From Dehalococcoidia bacterium (GTDB taxonomy: Bacteria; Chloroflexota; Dehalococcoidia; UBA2979): a stretch of 64,000 nt of DNA. Position 1 is the first letter of the stretch. Every line of letters starts with the position of its first letter. The stretch spans positions 2,426 through 66,425 of the forward strand of contig CBDHDI010000012.1 in NCBI GenBank assembly GCA_965261685.1, given 5' to 3'. Shown in pieces: positions 36,415 through 44,503 of this stretch. The translations under genes and the position numbers were made by a program. The notes beneath the pieces were generated by a model. It saw only the letters and a list, made by a program, of their open reading frames with translations, was not told the DNA's origin and searched no databases.

Positions 36415-37710
36415 CTAGTCCTGCAGTCCGACCATGCGGAAACCGTGCGTCGACGACACCGGCTCGAAGGGCGACGGCCCCACGGGCACGACCTTCTTGT
36501 CGCCCTCCCAGGTTGGGTACGGCGGCTGGTTGCCGGTCGGCAGTTGCGGGTTCCCGGCCGCGCGCGAGGGCAGCAGGATGATCGCCTGGCCCGGCGCGGT
36601 GATCTCGTTGAGCTGGTTGATCGCCTGGAAGTCGCAGACGACCTGGTACTCGCCGTCCTCGATGCGCTTCTCGATCACCTCGCCGGTGAAGGTCTGGAGG
36701 TCGCCGAGGATGTTGAACTTGCGGATCTGGACCCAGATGCGCTTCAGCCAGGCGTCGTCGCCCATCCAGTTGGTGAGGAAGTTGCAGGTCCAGCCGACGC
36801 GCTGCGCGCCGTAGTCGTAGGCGGCGGGCACGCCGATCTCTCGCGCGAAGTCGTCGTCCCAGTGGACGCGCTCGACGACGTCCCAGACGCGGCGCGGATC
36901 CTGCGTGTAGGCGCCGGGGTGGCGCATGCGGAACTCGTGGTCGGACTTGCCGGTGCGCGCGTAGGGGCCGCCCCAGCCCATCTCCCAGGCGACGCCGTCG
37001 GTGACGCGGAAGGGGCCGCGCACCATCTCGCCGAGGTCGTCGCCGACGTTCACATCCTCCCAGTAGCGGGGCTCCGGGCCGCGCCAGGTCTCGCGCGCGT
37101 AGGCCTCGTCGATCTCGGCCAACTCCTCGTCGCTCCAGACGCGCGAGTCGCGGAAGACGGACTTGCGCTCGCGCGCCGCGTCGCGCTCGGTGCGCATGCG
37201 CCAGCCGAGCATCTTGGCGACCACCTCGTGGCGCTGGTTGCGGAACAGCGTCTCGACCATCTGGAGGATCTGGCGGCTGCCGGTGAACTTGCCGTCCTTC
37301 TCGTAGAAGCCGGCCTCGTAGGCGACCTTGTAGATGGTGTCGCCGGCGAGCATCGGCTGATACCACTCGAAATCGCGGCCGGCGAACATGCCGTGGACGC
37401 CGGGCAGGGCGCCGCCGCGCCCGGCGTCGCGCTCCTCGGCGGTGATGTCGCGGCCCTCGGGCTCGCCGGTGGCGAGCAGGATGCCGGGAGGCGCGACGGT
37501 GTCGCCCCAGCGGCTGGCGCGCGCGTGGCCGGCGTCGACGTAGAGCGGGTTGAGGTCGCCGGTGGCGATCGAGTAGCCGCGTGCTGCGTCGGCGTTGATC
37601 TGGGTGTACTTGCCGCGGTCGTCGCGCTTGGCGGGGATGCCGACGCGCGCGCGCATCGCCGCGACGCCCTCGTCAGTGATCTTCGGGTAGCGCCGTTCGG
37701 TCGTCGTCAT
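36415..37710 (-). CDS. Double hot-dog fold acyl dehydratase / enoyl-CoA hydratase (MaoC-like)
   Basis: 431 aa. It lies 7 nt upstream of the CoA-transferase start, so probably in the same operon. INADAARGYSIATGDLNPLYVD...VAPPGILL. The call is pattern-based and of moderate certainty. Confidence 0.6.
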   Translation of the reverse strand: MTTTERRYPKITDEGVAAMRARVGIPAKRDDRGKYTQINADAARGYSIATGDLNPLYVDAGHARASRWGDTVAPPGILLATGEPEGRDITAEERDAGRGGALPGVHGMFAGRDFEWYQPMLAGDTIYKVAYEAGFYEKDGKFTGSRQILQMVETLFRNQRHEVVAKMLGWRMRTERDAARERKSVFRDSRVWSDEELAEIDEAYARETWRGPEPRYWEDVNVGDDLGEMVRGPFRVTDGVAWEMGWGGPYARTGKSDHEFRMRHPGAYTQDPRRVWDVVERVHWDDDFAREIGVPAAYDYGAQRVGWTCNFLTNWMGDDAWLKRIWVQIRKFNILGDLQTFTGEVIEKRIEDGEYQVVCDFQAINQLNEITAPGQAIILLPSRAAGNPQLPTGNQPPYPTWEGDKKVVPVGPSPFEPVSSTHGFRMVGLQD

Positions 37711-37833
37711 GGATTGCCCTCTCCACTCGTCATGTTGCCCGGCGTCGCGGGGCGCGCTCCGGCGACCGCTGCGCGGGACGCCAGACTACCAGAGCGCCCG
37801 TTGCAGGCGAGGGCTGGCGGGGCGCCGGGCACG

Positions 37834-38256
37834 TCATGCGCTTGCCCACGGATCGATCACGTCGATGCCGCAGCCGTGGAAGCCGCCGCTGTCCCTTGTG
37901 GCGACGGATGCCCCGAGCGAGCGGGCGATCGCGGCGATCTGGCAGTCCAGCTGGCTGATGGGATGCCCGGCGGCTCGGCGGGCGGCCGCTATCTCGGCGT
38001 AGGCGCGTGCGGCGGCGCGGTTGAACGGAAGAATGCGCCCCGCGAAATCCTCCCGCAGCACTCCCTCGATCCCGGCGAGCAGGCTGTTGCGGCGTCGCCC
38101 TTCGGGCAGGATCTCGACGCCGTAGCGCAGCTCGGCCTCGCTGATCGTCGAGAGGAACAGGTCGGGGGCTACCTGGCGAGCAATCCAGTCGGTCACGCTG
38201 GTGTTCGGGGCAGGCAGCATCAGCTCCGACACGACGTTGGTATCGAGGACGATCAT
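37834..38256 (-). CDS. vapC: PIN-domain toxin VapC
   Basis: ATG 38256. The sequence reads MIVLDTNVVSELM...STISEAELRYG...QLDCQIAAIARSLGASVATRD. Confidence 0.9.
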   Translation of the reverse strand: MIVLDTNVVSELMLPAPNTSVTDWIARQVAPDLFLSTISEAELRYGVEILPEGRRRNSLLAGIEGVLREDFAGRILPFNRAAARAYAEIAAARRAAGHPISQLDCQIAAIARSLGASVATRDSGGFHGCGIDVIDPWASA

Positions 38257-38266
38257 CGCCCGTGCC

Positions 38267-38512
38267 TCAGTCGAATCGGGGCGGCTCGCGCATCGGCTCA
38301 CGGGGTGGCAGTTCCAGTTCGACGCCGCCGAGGGGTGCGAACCGGGCGCGAATGGCGCTCGCCAGATCCTTGCCTGTCGGAGAGTCCTCGTCCAGCGCCG
38401 CGCGCAGAATGTCCCGCGCCTCCTGCTCCATGGAGCGGCCGTTCTCAGCTGCGCGGATGCGCAGCCGCCGCTTCAGTCCATCGTCCAGGTTGCGCACCGT
38501 GATGCTGGCCAT
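38267..38512 (-). CDS. vapB: VapB-type antitoxin (FitA/Arc-like RHH)
   Basis: MASITVRNLDDGLKRRLRIRAAENGRSMEQEARDILRAAL. Confidence 0.9.
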   Translation of the reverse strand: MASITVRNLDDGLKRRLRIRAAENGRSMEQEARDILRAALDEDSPTGKDLASAIRARFAPLGGVELELPPREPMREPPRFD

Positions 38513-38538
38513 CGTGAGTCTCCGTCAGCATTGCTGCA

Positions 38539-38555
38539 CAATCATAACATGATTG
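38539..38555 (-). promoter_or_regulatory. Candidate vapBC operator palindrome
   Basis: caatcat-aac-atgattg, about 30 nt upstream of the vapB ATG. Confidence 0.4.
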
Positions 38556-38686
38556 CGTTGCGAGCACTGCATCATTCTGTAGCGCTCCTGGGCCTCGCAG
38601 GAACGTACCGTCGCCCGGTCAGCGTCTACACACCGACGAGGACGAAGCAAGGCCAGGCCCTCCCCCTGTACTCAGGGATAGCGCAC

Positions 38687-38719
38687 AACCTTGAATGCGA
38701 GCGAGGCTCGTTCAAGGTT
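38687..38719 (-). terminator. Long hairpin downstream of the ADH stop (candidate terminator, no U-tract)
   Basis: aaccttgaa..cgagc-gag-gctcg-ttcaaggtt, a 14-bp stem with a 2-nt bulge. Confidence 0.4.
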
Positions 38720-38742
38720 CGCCGGGCTCGCGAAGCCGTCGC

Positions 38743-39837
38743 CTACCCGTTGGGGTGGATGATGTTGCGGACGCCCTCGCCGCGCTCCATCACCTCCACC
38801 GCGCGGTTGAAGTCGCTCAGCGGGAAGCGGCCCGTCACCAGCTCGTCGAAGCGCAGCTTGCCCGCCATGTAGAGGTCCACGTAAAGCGGGATGTCGGCGT
38901 TCGGCCGCGCGGCGCTGAAGCCGCTGCGGCGCAGCGGGCCGCGCAGCGTGCTCATCCAGGGGATCGAGACCACGGCGTCGCCGGAGAGCGCGCCGATCAC
39001 GATCGTCTCGCCGCCCGGCCGCACCATCTGGATCGCCTGCATGACCGTCTCCGGGAGGCCGATCACCTCGAAGGCGTAGTCCACGCCTCCGCCGCTGATG
39101 CGACGCACCTCGGCGATCGGGTCCTGCTCCGCGGCGTTGATCGCGTGCGTCGCGCCGAACTCGCGTGCCTGGTCGAGGCGGTGGTCGAGCAGGTCGATGG
39201 CGATGATCGTGAGCGCGCCCGAGAGCGCCGAGGCCTGCACCGTGTTCAGCCCGAGGCCGCCGACGCCGATCACGGCGACGCTGCTGCCGGCCTCGACCTG
39301 CGCGTCGTTGAAGACCGGCGCGAGGCCGGAGGTGGCGCCGCAGCCGAGCAGCGCGATCGTCTCCAGCGGCGCGTCCTCGCGCACCTTCACCGCGCTCGAC
39401 TCGTGGACCACGGCCTCCTGCGCGAAGGAGGAGACCGAGGACTGGTGGCTGATCCGCTGCCCGTCGAGGCTGAGCCGGCTGGTGCCGTCCAGCAGGTTGC
39501 CGCGCTGGGCGTTGGCGAGCTTGCGCTCGCAGTTGCTGAAGCGCCCGGCGCTGCATGCGCCGCAGCCGCCGCAGTAGGGCCCGAAGCTGATCACGACGTG
39601 GTCGCCGGGCGCGAGGTCCGTGACGGCCTCGCCGATCTCCTCGACGATGCCGGCGCCCTCGTGGCCCATCACCATCGGCGTCGCCGAGGGCAGGTGGCCG
39701 TGCAGGCGGTGGATGTCGGAGTGGCAGAGCCCGCTGGCGACCACCCGTACGCGCACCTCGCGCGCCTTCGGCGGCGCGAGATCGACTTCCTCGATGGCCG
39801 GTTTCTGGCCCAGCTCATGGAACACGACGGCCTGCAC
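38743..39837 (-). CDS. Zinc-dependent alcohol dehydrogenase (MDR family)
   Basis: GTG 39837 after agggag. The sequence reads (M)QAVVFHELGQKP...GLCHSDIH...MGHEGAGIVEEIG...VIGVGGLGL. The remainder of track ORF 38743..40242 is upstream read-through. Confidence 0.85.
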   Translation of the reverse strand: MQAVVFHELGQKPAIEEVDLAPPKAREVRVRVVASGLCHSDIHRLHGHLPSATPMVMGHEGAGIVEEIGEAVTDLAPGDHVVISFGPYCGGCGACSAGRFSNCERKLANAQRGNLLDGTSRLSLDGQRISHQSSVSSFAQEAVVHESSAVKVREDAPLETIALLGCGATSGLAPVFNDAQVEAGSSVAVIGVGGLGLNTVQASALSGALTIIAIDLLDHRLDQAREFGATHAINAAEQDPIAEVRRISGGGVDYAFEVIGLPETVMQAIQMVRPGGETIVIGALSGDAVVSIPWMSTLRGPLRRSGFSAARPNADIPLYVDLYMAGKLRFDELVTGRFPLSDFNRAVEVMERGEGVRNIIHPNG

Positions 39838-39914
39838 GGTGGTCTCCCTTCGCTCGCGCCCCGGCTGCGAGGCGCACCGCGCGCAGTCTAGCGTCGCGCG
39901 CGCGGCGGCGGGCG

Positions 39915-40643
39915 TCAGAGGGGGAGCGTGCGTGAGATCTCCCGCAGGCGCTTGCGCCGTTGCTGTGCATCGGGCATCGCGCTGTTGACCAGCTTCCAGA
40001 AGTCCGGCGAGTGGTTCTTCACCGTCAGATGAGCCAGCTCGTGAACGACGATGTATTCGATCAGTGCGGGCTCCAGCATCATCCCGCGCCAGCTGAAGCG
40101 CAGCGTGCCATCGGAGGCGCAGCTTCCCCAGCGCCGGCGCTGATCGCGGATCAGCACCGGCGATCGCGCTCCGGAACCCAGCCGCGGCCACCAGCGATCG
40201 ACGCCGGCCGGGTAGCGCTCGGCCGCCCGAGCCGCGTACCACGCGATGACGGCGTGCTGGATCTGCTCGTCGCGTTCACCGTCCTCGATGTCCCCGGGCA
40301 CGGCGATGCGGAAGGTCCGGCGATCGAGCCGGACCTGCGGCCAGCGCACGTCCGCGCGCTCGATGACCATCGGGACGTGCTGGCCCAGGTACGGCAGCGT
40401 CTCGCCACTGACGAATCGCTTCGTCGCGGGTTCCGGGACTGCCTCGGACATGCGCTTGAGGATCCAGGCCGCCCGCTCGCGAACGATCGCCCGCAGTTCG
40501 CCGTCCGGCGTTGCCGAGGGTGCGGCGACCTGCACCACGCCGCCGTCGATCTTGATCTGGACGGTCTTCCTGCGCCGGGCGCTTCGGCGAATCTCGTACT
40601 CGATGACCGTATCGCCGATGCGGACGCTATCCCGTTCCTTCAC
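39915..40643 (-). CDS. YgjP-like M48-family zinc metallopeptidase (DUF45)
   Basis: 242 aa with RRRWGSCASDGTLRFSWRGMMLEPALIEYIVVHELAHLTVKNHSPDFW (HExxH). Confidence 0.85.
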   Translation of the reverse strand: MKERDSVRIGDTVIEYEIRRSARRRKTVQIKIDGGVVQVAAPSATPDGELRAIVRERAAWILKRMSEAVPEPATKRFVSGETLPYLGQHVPMVIERADVRWPQVRLDRRTFRIAVPGDIEDGERDEQIQHAVIAWYAARAAERYPAGVDRWWPRLGSGARSPVLIRDQRRRWGSCASDGTLRFSWRGMMLEPALIEYIVVHELAHLTVKNHSPDFWKLVNSAMPDAQQRRKRLREISRTLPL

Positions 40644-40688
40644 CGGCCACGCCTCCCCGGCAGTCTCGCCTCGCTCGCTCGGCGGTGG

Positions 40689-41840
40689 CTAAGTTGTGAA
40701 CTGGTTCATCAGCCCGATGTTGGCGTGCAGCGTGCCTTCCTCAATGCGTACGAGGTTCTGCTCCCGCAAATAGTTGATGTCGCGCGTCAGGGTCTTGTTC
40801 GTGGTGCTGGCATAGAGCGAGGCAGCGGGGTGCTCCCGAGCGCGAAGCCTGGTCAGGGGGATCGGGCCGCCGATCGTCCAGCGCACGAGCTCGAGCCGCC
40901 GTTCGCCGACCCTGGAGCTTAGTCCTACATCCTCGAGTAACGTCTGCCGAGCGTAGTCAGTGAACGCGAGCCCCCGCAGGAATCCCAGCGTCTCGGCGTG
41001 TACCTGCTCCAGTTCCTCGCGCAGACCGCGGAGCGCGAATGTCACGAACTCAGTGAGGTCCACGAACTCCGATCCCTCCTTGCCGTGCACGAACCGCGTT
41101 CGGTCGAGCAACTCCATATATTCCGGGCGGTGCTGGTAGTAGAAGTTGGCGAGCGAGTAGAAGCCGAACGAGTTGATGCCACTGCGGTACAGGACGAAGC
41201 TCTCCACAGCCCGCGATGTGCGGCCGTTGCCGTCGCCGAAGGGGTGAACGCTGATCAGGTAGAAGTGCGCCGCGACCGCGCGAACGCACTCCGGCCAGCT
41301 ATCGCGATCGCGGGTCTCAGGGAACCACTCGAAGAAGCGATCCATGAGGTCGCACACCTCTTCCGGAGGCGGGGCCACGTAGTCGCCCGCGACGACCGGG
41401 TGTTCGCGGTAGACGCCCGGAGCGTTGCGCCCGTAGTCGATGTCGGCCGTCGTGAGTCGGTGAATCTCACGCACATGCTGTTCGGTGAGATCCTGGTCCG
41501 GCGCGTCGTTCACGGCGCGCCGGATGTAGTCCATGGCCCGCGCTGCGTTGCGGGCCTCGGCCTCCTCGCGGGCGCGGGCCGTGCCGAGCACGGGCCCGTC
41601 GTCCGGGTCGGCGGCCAGAATCTCCTCCACCTCGCCTTCAGTGAGGTTGGCGCCTTCGATGCCCGTGGTGCCCCGCACCGCGCGCATGATGTTCAGCCGG
41701 TCGACTCTACCGCGGAGCGCCGGAGGCATGGGAATGCTGCCAACCAGCCCGGCGAGCGCCTCGACGCGAGCCACCAGTTGAAGCAACTCGCGGTCTCGCA
41801 GATCGACCGAGGCGTGGAAACGGATGTCCCAGCGAGGCAT
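40689..41840 (-). CDS. Fic-family protein (canonical AMPylation motif, N-terminal inhibitory motif, C-terminal wHTH-like region)
   Basis: ATG 41840 after ggagcgaac. Contains HPFGDGNGRTSR (the HxFx[D/E]GNGRxxR motif) and TTGIEG matching (S/T)xxxE(G/N). 41101..41200 is 57% G+C. Confidence 0.85.
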   Translation of the reverse strand: MPRWDIRFHASVDLRDRELLQLVARVEALAGLVGSIPMPPALRGRVDRLNIMRAVRGTTGIEGANLTEGEVEEILAADPDDGPVLGTARAREEAEARNAARAMDYIRRAVNDAPDQDLTEQHVREIHRLTTADIDYGRNAPGVYREHPVVAGDYVAPPPEEVCDLMDRFFEWFPETRDRDSWPECVRAVAAHFYLISVHPFGDGNGRTSRAVESFVLYRSGINSFGFYSLANFYYQHRPEYMELLDRTRFVHGKEGSEFVDLTEFVTFALRGLREELEQVHAETLGFLRGLAFTDYARQTLLEDVGLSSRVGERRLELVRWTIGGPIPLTRLRAREHPAASLYASTTNKTLTRDINYLREQNLVRIEEGTLHANIGLMNQFTT

Positions 41841-41952
41841 GTTCGCTCCACTCTGACCGGCGTTTGCCCCGCCGGTGTCCTGCATCCTGTCCAGTCAATT
41901 GTCCACCAAATTATCAACGGGTACAAGTGAAATATAGCTATACGCGCTTTCC

Positions 41953-41993
41953 GATGTCCACCATGATGTCCCGTACGATGTCCCAAGATGTCC
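41953..41993. repeat. Four direct GATGTCC heptamers with 12/12/10-nt phasing
   Basis: cGATGTCCaccatGATGTCCcgtacGATGTCCcaaGATGTCCtg. Copies start at 41953, 41965, 41977 and 41987, in the AT-richer spacer upstream of fic. Confidence 0.8.
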
Positions 41994-42222
41994 TGCGACG
42001 GATCGTTCGGTGACCCGTCTCTCGCCTTCACGCTGCGCTAGCCGTTAGGGGCGTCACCGGGCGGCGTACCGACCAGCCCCGAGCCGACCGGGCGCTTCTC
42101 CGGGCTGCGGTTTCCTGAGGACTGGATGGGGGCCTGCCCGGCTGGCAGGTGTCCTGGCCAGTCGCTGGCGTGGGCGCGGGAAGCCCTCGATCGATGGCGT
42201 CAGGCGCCCCGGCCAGCGTCCG

Positions 42223-44157
42223 TCAGGCCGGCCCTACGAGGGCTTCGAGCTCGTGCGCGGCCGTCTCCCAGCCGCGCATCGCGGAGTCGAGCCGCGTCTG
42301 CAGATCGCGCTGGAGGCCCTCGTCCGCGCGGATCTCGTCGAGCGTGACGCGCGAGTAGTAGTCGTTGTCGGCGAAGCGGGCGGCGATCGGCGCGAGCTGC
42401 GCCTCGACCTCGGCGATCTCGCGCTCCAGCTTCTCGACGCGGCGCGTGAGCCGCTCGTGGCGGCGGCGCTGCTCCTTGCCCGCGGCGTAGCCGCGCGCGC
42501 CGTTGCCGCCGCCGGACGCCGCGCGGCGAGCCTGGCGCGGCGCCGCGATGGCGCCGGACAGGAAGTCGTCGCCGCGCCGCTCGAGGTACTGCTCGTAGCT
42601 GCCGGCGACGTCCTCGAAGCCGTCGGGGCGCAGCACCAGCACGCGCGTCCCGACGCCGGCGACGAAGTGGCGGTCGTGGCTGACGAAGACGAGCGTGCCC
42701 GGGTAGTCGCGGAGCGCGCGCATCAGCGCCTCGCGACCCTCGAGGTCAAGGTGGTTGGTTGGCTCGTCGAGCACGAGCAGGTTGGGCTGGCGCAGCATCA
42801 GCGCGGCCAGCAGGAGCCGGGCGGACTCGCCGCCGCTGAGGCTGCCGATCCGCTTGTGCACGTCGTCGCCGCTGAACAGCATTCGGCCGAGCACCGCGCG
42901 GAGCTTGCCGTGCTCCGCCTCGCCGGTGGCGCTGCCCAGCCAGGCGAAGGCGCTCTGCGCGCCGCGCAGCTCGGAGTCGACATCCTGCGCGAAGTAGCCG
43001 AGCTGCGCCTCGTAGCCGAGCTCGGCCGTGCCCTCGTCGGTCTCGATGATGCCGCTGATGATCTTGATCAGCGTCGACTTGCCGACGCCGTTGGGTCCGA
43101 CCACGGCCAGCCGGTCCCCGCGCTGCAACTCGAAGGAGATGTCACGCAGCACGGTCTGCTCGCCGTAGCTCTTGGTGAGGCCGCTTACGCGCAGCGGCGT
43201 GCGGCCGGAGGGGCGGCGCTGCCCGAATTCGAAGCCGGGCGTGCGCCGCGAGCTGCGGCGGATCTCGGGCAGTTCCATCTTCTCGACCTGCTTCTTGCGG
43301 GCGCTGGCCTGGCGGGCCTTCGTGGCCTTCGCGCGGAAGCGGTCGATGAACTGCTGCATCTCCTCGATGCGCCCCTCGGTGCGGGCGATCTCGGCGTCCT
43401 TCTGGGTGACCGCGAGCTCCTTGGCGCGCTCGAAGGCGTCGTAGTCGCCGCTGTAGAGCCGCAGCTCGGAGTAGTCGAGGTCGGCGATCGTGTCGCAGAC
43501 GGCGTTGAGGAAGTGGCGGTCGTGCGAGACGACGACGAACGCCCCCGGGAACTCCCGCAGGTAGCCCTCGAGCCACTGGATCGAGGCGATGTCGAGGTGG
43601 TTCGTGGGCTCGTCGAGCAGCAGCAGGTCGGGCTGTGCGAAGAGCGCCTGGGCGAGCAGCACGCGCAGCCGGAAGCCGCCCGAGAGCTCGCTCATCGGTC
43701 GATCGTGGCGCGCGTGCTCGATGCCGAGGCCGCTGAGCAGGGCGGCGGCCTGCGGCTCCGCCTCGTAGCCCTGCAGCCCGGCGATCGTGACTTCGAGGTC
43801 GGCGAGGCGCTCACCGGCCTCCGGGGTGATCGCGTCCCCGCTCTCGCCGAGCAGGTTCCTTTGCTCCTCGAGCGCGGCCCAGAGCTGCGGGCGGCCCATG
43901 AGCACGACATCGAGCAGCCGCATCTCGTCGAAGCGGAACTGATCCTGGCCGAGTGTGCCAACGCGGAGCGCCGCCGGGCGAGCGACGGACCCGGCATCCG
44001 CGCTGAGTTCGCCGGTCATGAGGCGGATCAGCGTGGACTTGCCGGAGCCGTTCGCCCCGACGAGGCCGTAATGGCCGCCGGGATTCAGTTGCCAGTTGAC
44101 GCCCTCGTAGAGGAGCTGGCCGCCGAAGCGCATGGTGAGGTCGCTGAGCGTGATCAT
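42223..44157 (-). CDS. ABC-F family ATPase (two ABC domains, no TM domain)
   Basis: ATG 44157. Sequence includes MITLSDLTMRFGGQLLYEGVNWQLNPGGHYGLVGANGSGKSTL...LSGGFRLRVLLAQ...VGPNGVGKSTL...LSGGESARLLLA, and a C-terminal coiled-coil tail. Confidence 0.9.
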   Translation of the reverse strand: MITLSDLTMRFGGQLLYEGVNWQLNPGGHYGLVGANGSGKSTLIRLMTGELSADAGSVARPAALRVGTLGQDQFRFDEMRLLDVVLMGRPQLWAALEEQRNLLGESGDAITPEAGERLADLEVTIAGLQGYEAEPQAAALLSGLGIEHARHDRPMSELSGGFRLRVLLAQALFAQPDLLLLDEPTNHLDIASIQWLEGYLREFPGAFVVVSHDRHFLNAVCDTIADLDYSELRLYSGDYDAFERAKELAVTQKDAEIARTEGRIEEMQQFIDRFRAKATKARQASARKKQVEKMELPEIRRSSRRTPGFEFGQRRPSGRTPLRVSGLTKSYGEQTVLRDISFELQRGDRLAVVGPNGVGKSTLIKIISGIIETDEGTAELGYEAQLGYFAQDVDSELRGAQSAFAWLGSATGEAEHGKLRAVLGRMLFSGDDVHKRIGSLSGGESARLLLAALMLRQPNLLVLDEPTNHLDLEGREALMRALRDYPGTLVFVSHDRHFVAGVGTRVLVLRPDGFEDVAGSYEQYLERRGDDFLSGAIAAPRQARRAASGGGNGARGYAAGKEQRRRHERLTRRVEKLEREIAEVEAQLAPIAARFADNDYYSRVTLDEIRADEGLQRDLQTRLDSAMRGWETAAHELEALVGPA

Positions 44158-44311
44158 CGTGCCGCCATCTTTGCCCCTTCGGCCGCCTCGCGCGAGCAGG
44201 CCCGGATACCGACGGCCGCGCGGGCGCCGCGAGGTACCCTGAACGTGGTAGCGGCAGGTGCACGTTGCTTGCAGGCCGTCAACAGCCGGATCGGTCGCGG
44301 ACGGGAGCCCG

Positions 44312-44503
44312 GTGAGCACGAACGGCACCTACGACGTGATCGTGATCGGCGTCGGGGGCATGGGCTCCGCGACGGTCTACGAGCTCGCGAGTCGCGGGCT
44401 GCGCGTGCTTGGTCTCGAGCGCTACGACGTGCCGCACGACCTCGGCTCCTCGCACGGGGTGAACCGCATCATCCGCCTCGCCTACTTCGAGCACCCCTCT
44501 TAC
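44312..44503 (+). pseudogene. Monomeric sarcosine / N-methyltryptophan oxidase-like gene, 5' part (split by IS1380)
   Basis: GTG 44312. The sequence reads [36 protein letters not shown]...[12 protein letters not shown] and then enters the IS. Confidence 0.8.

Noticed and set aside
42133-42149. The hairpin cctgcc-cggct-ggcagg downstream of the ABC-F gene, considered as a terminator.
   Set aside because: The stem is short (6 bp), there is no U-tract, and many equivalent GC hairpins occur by chance in this composition.
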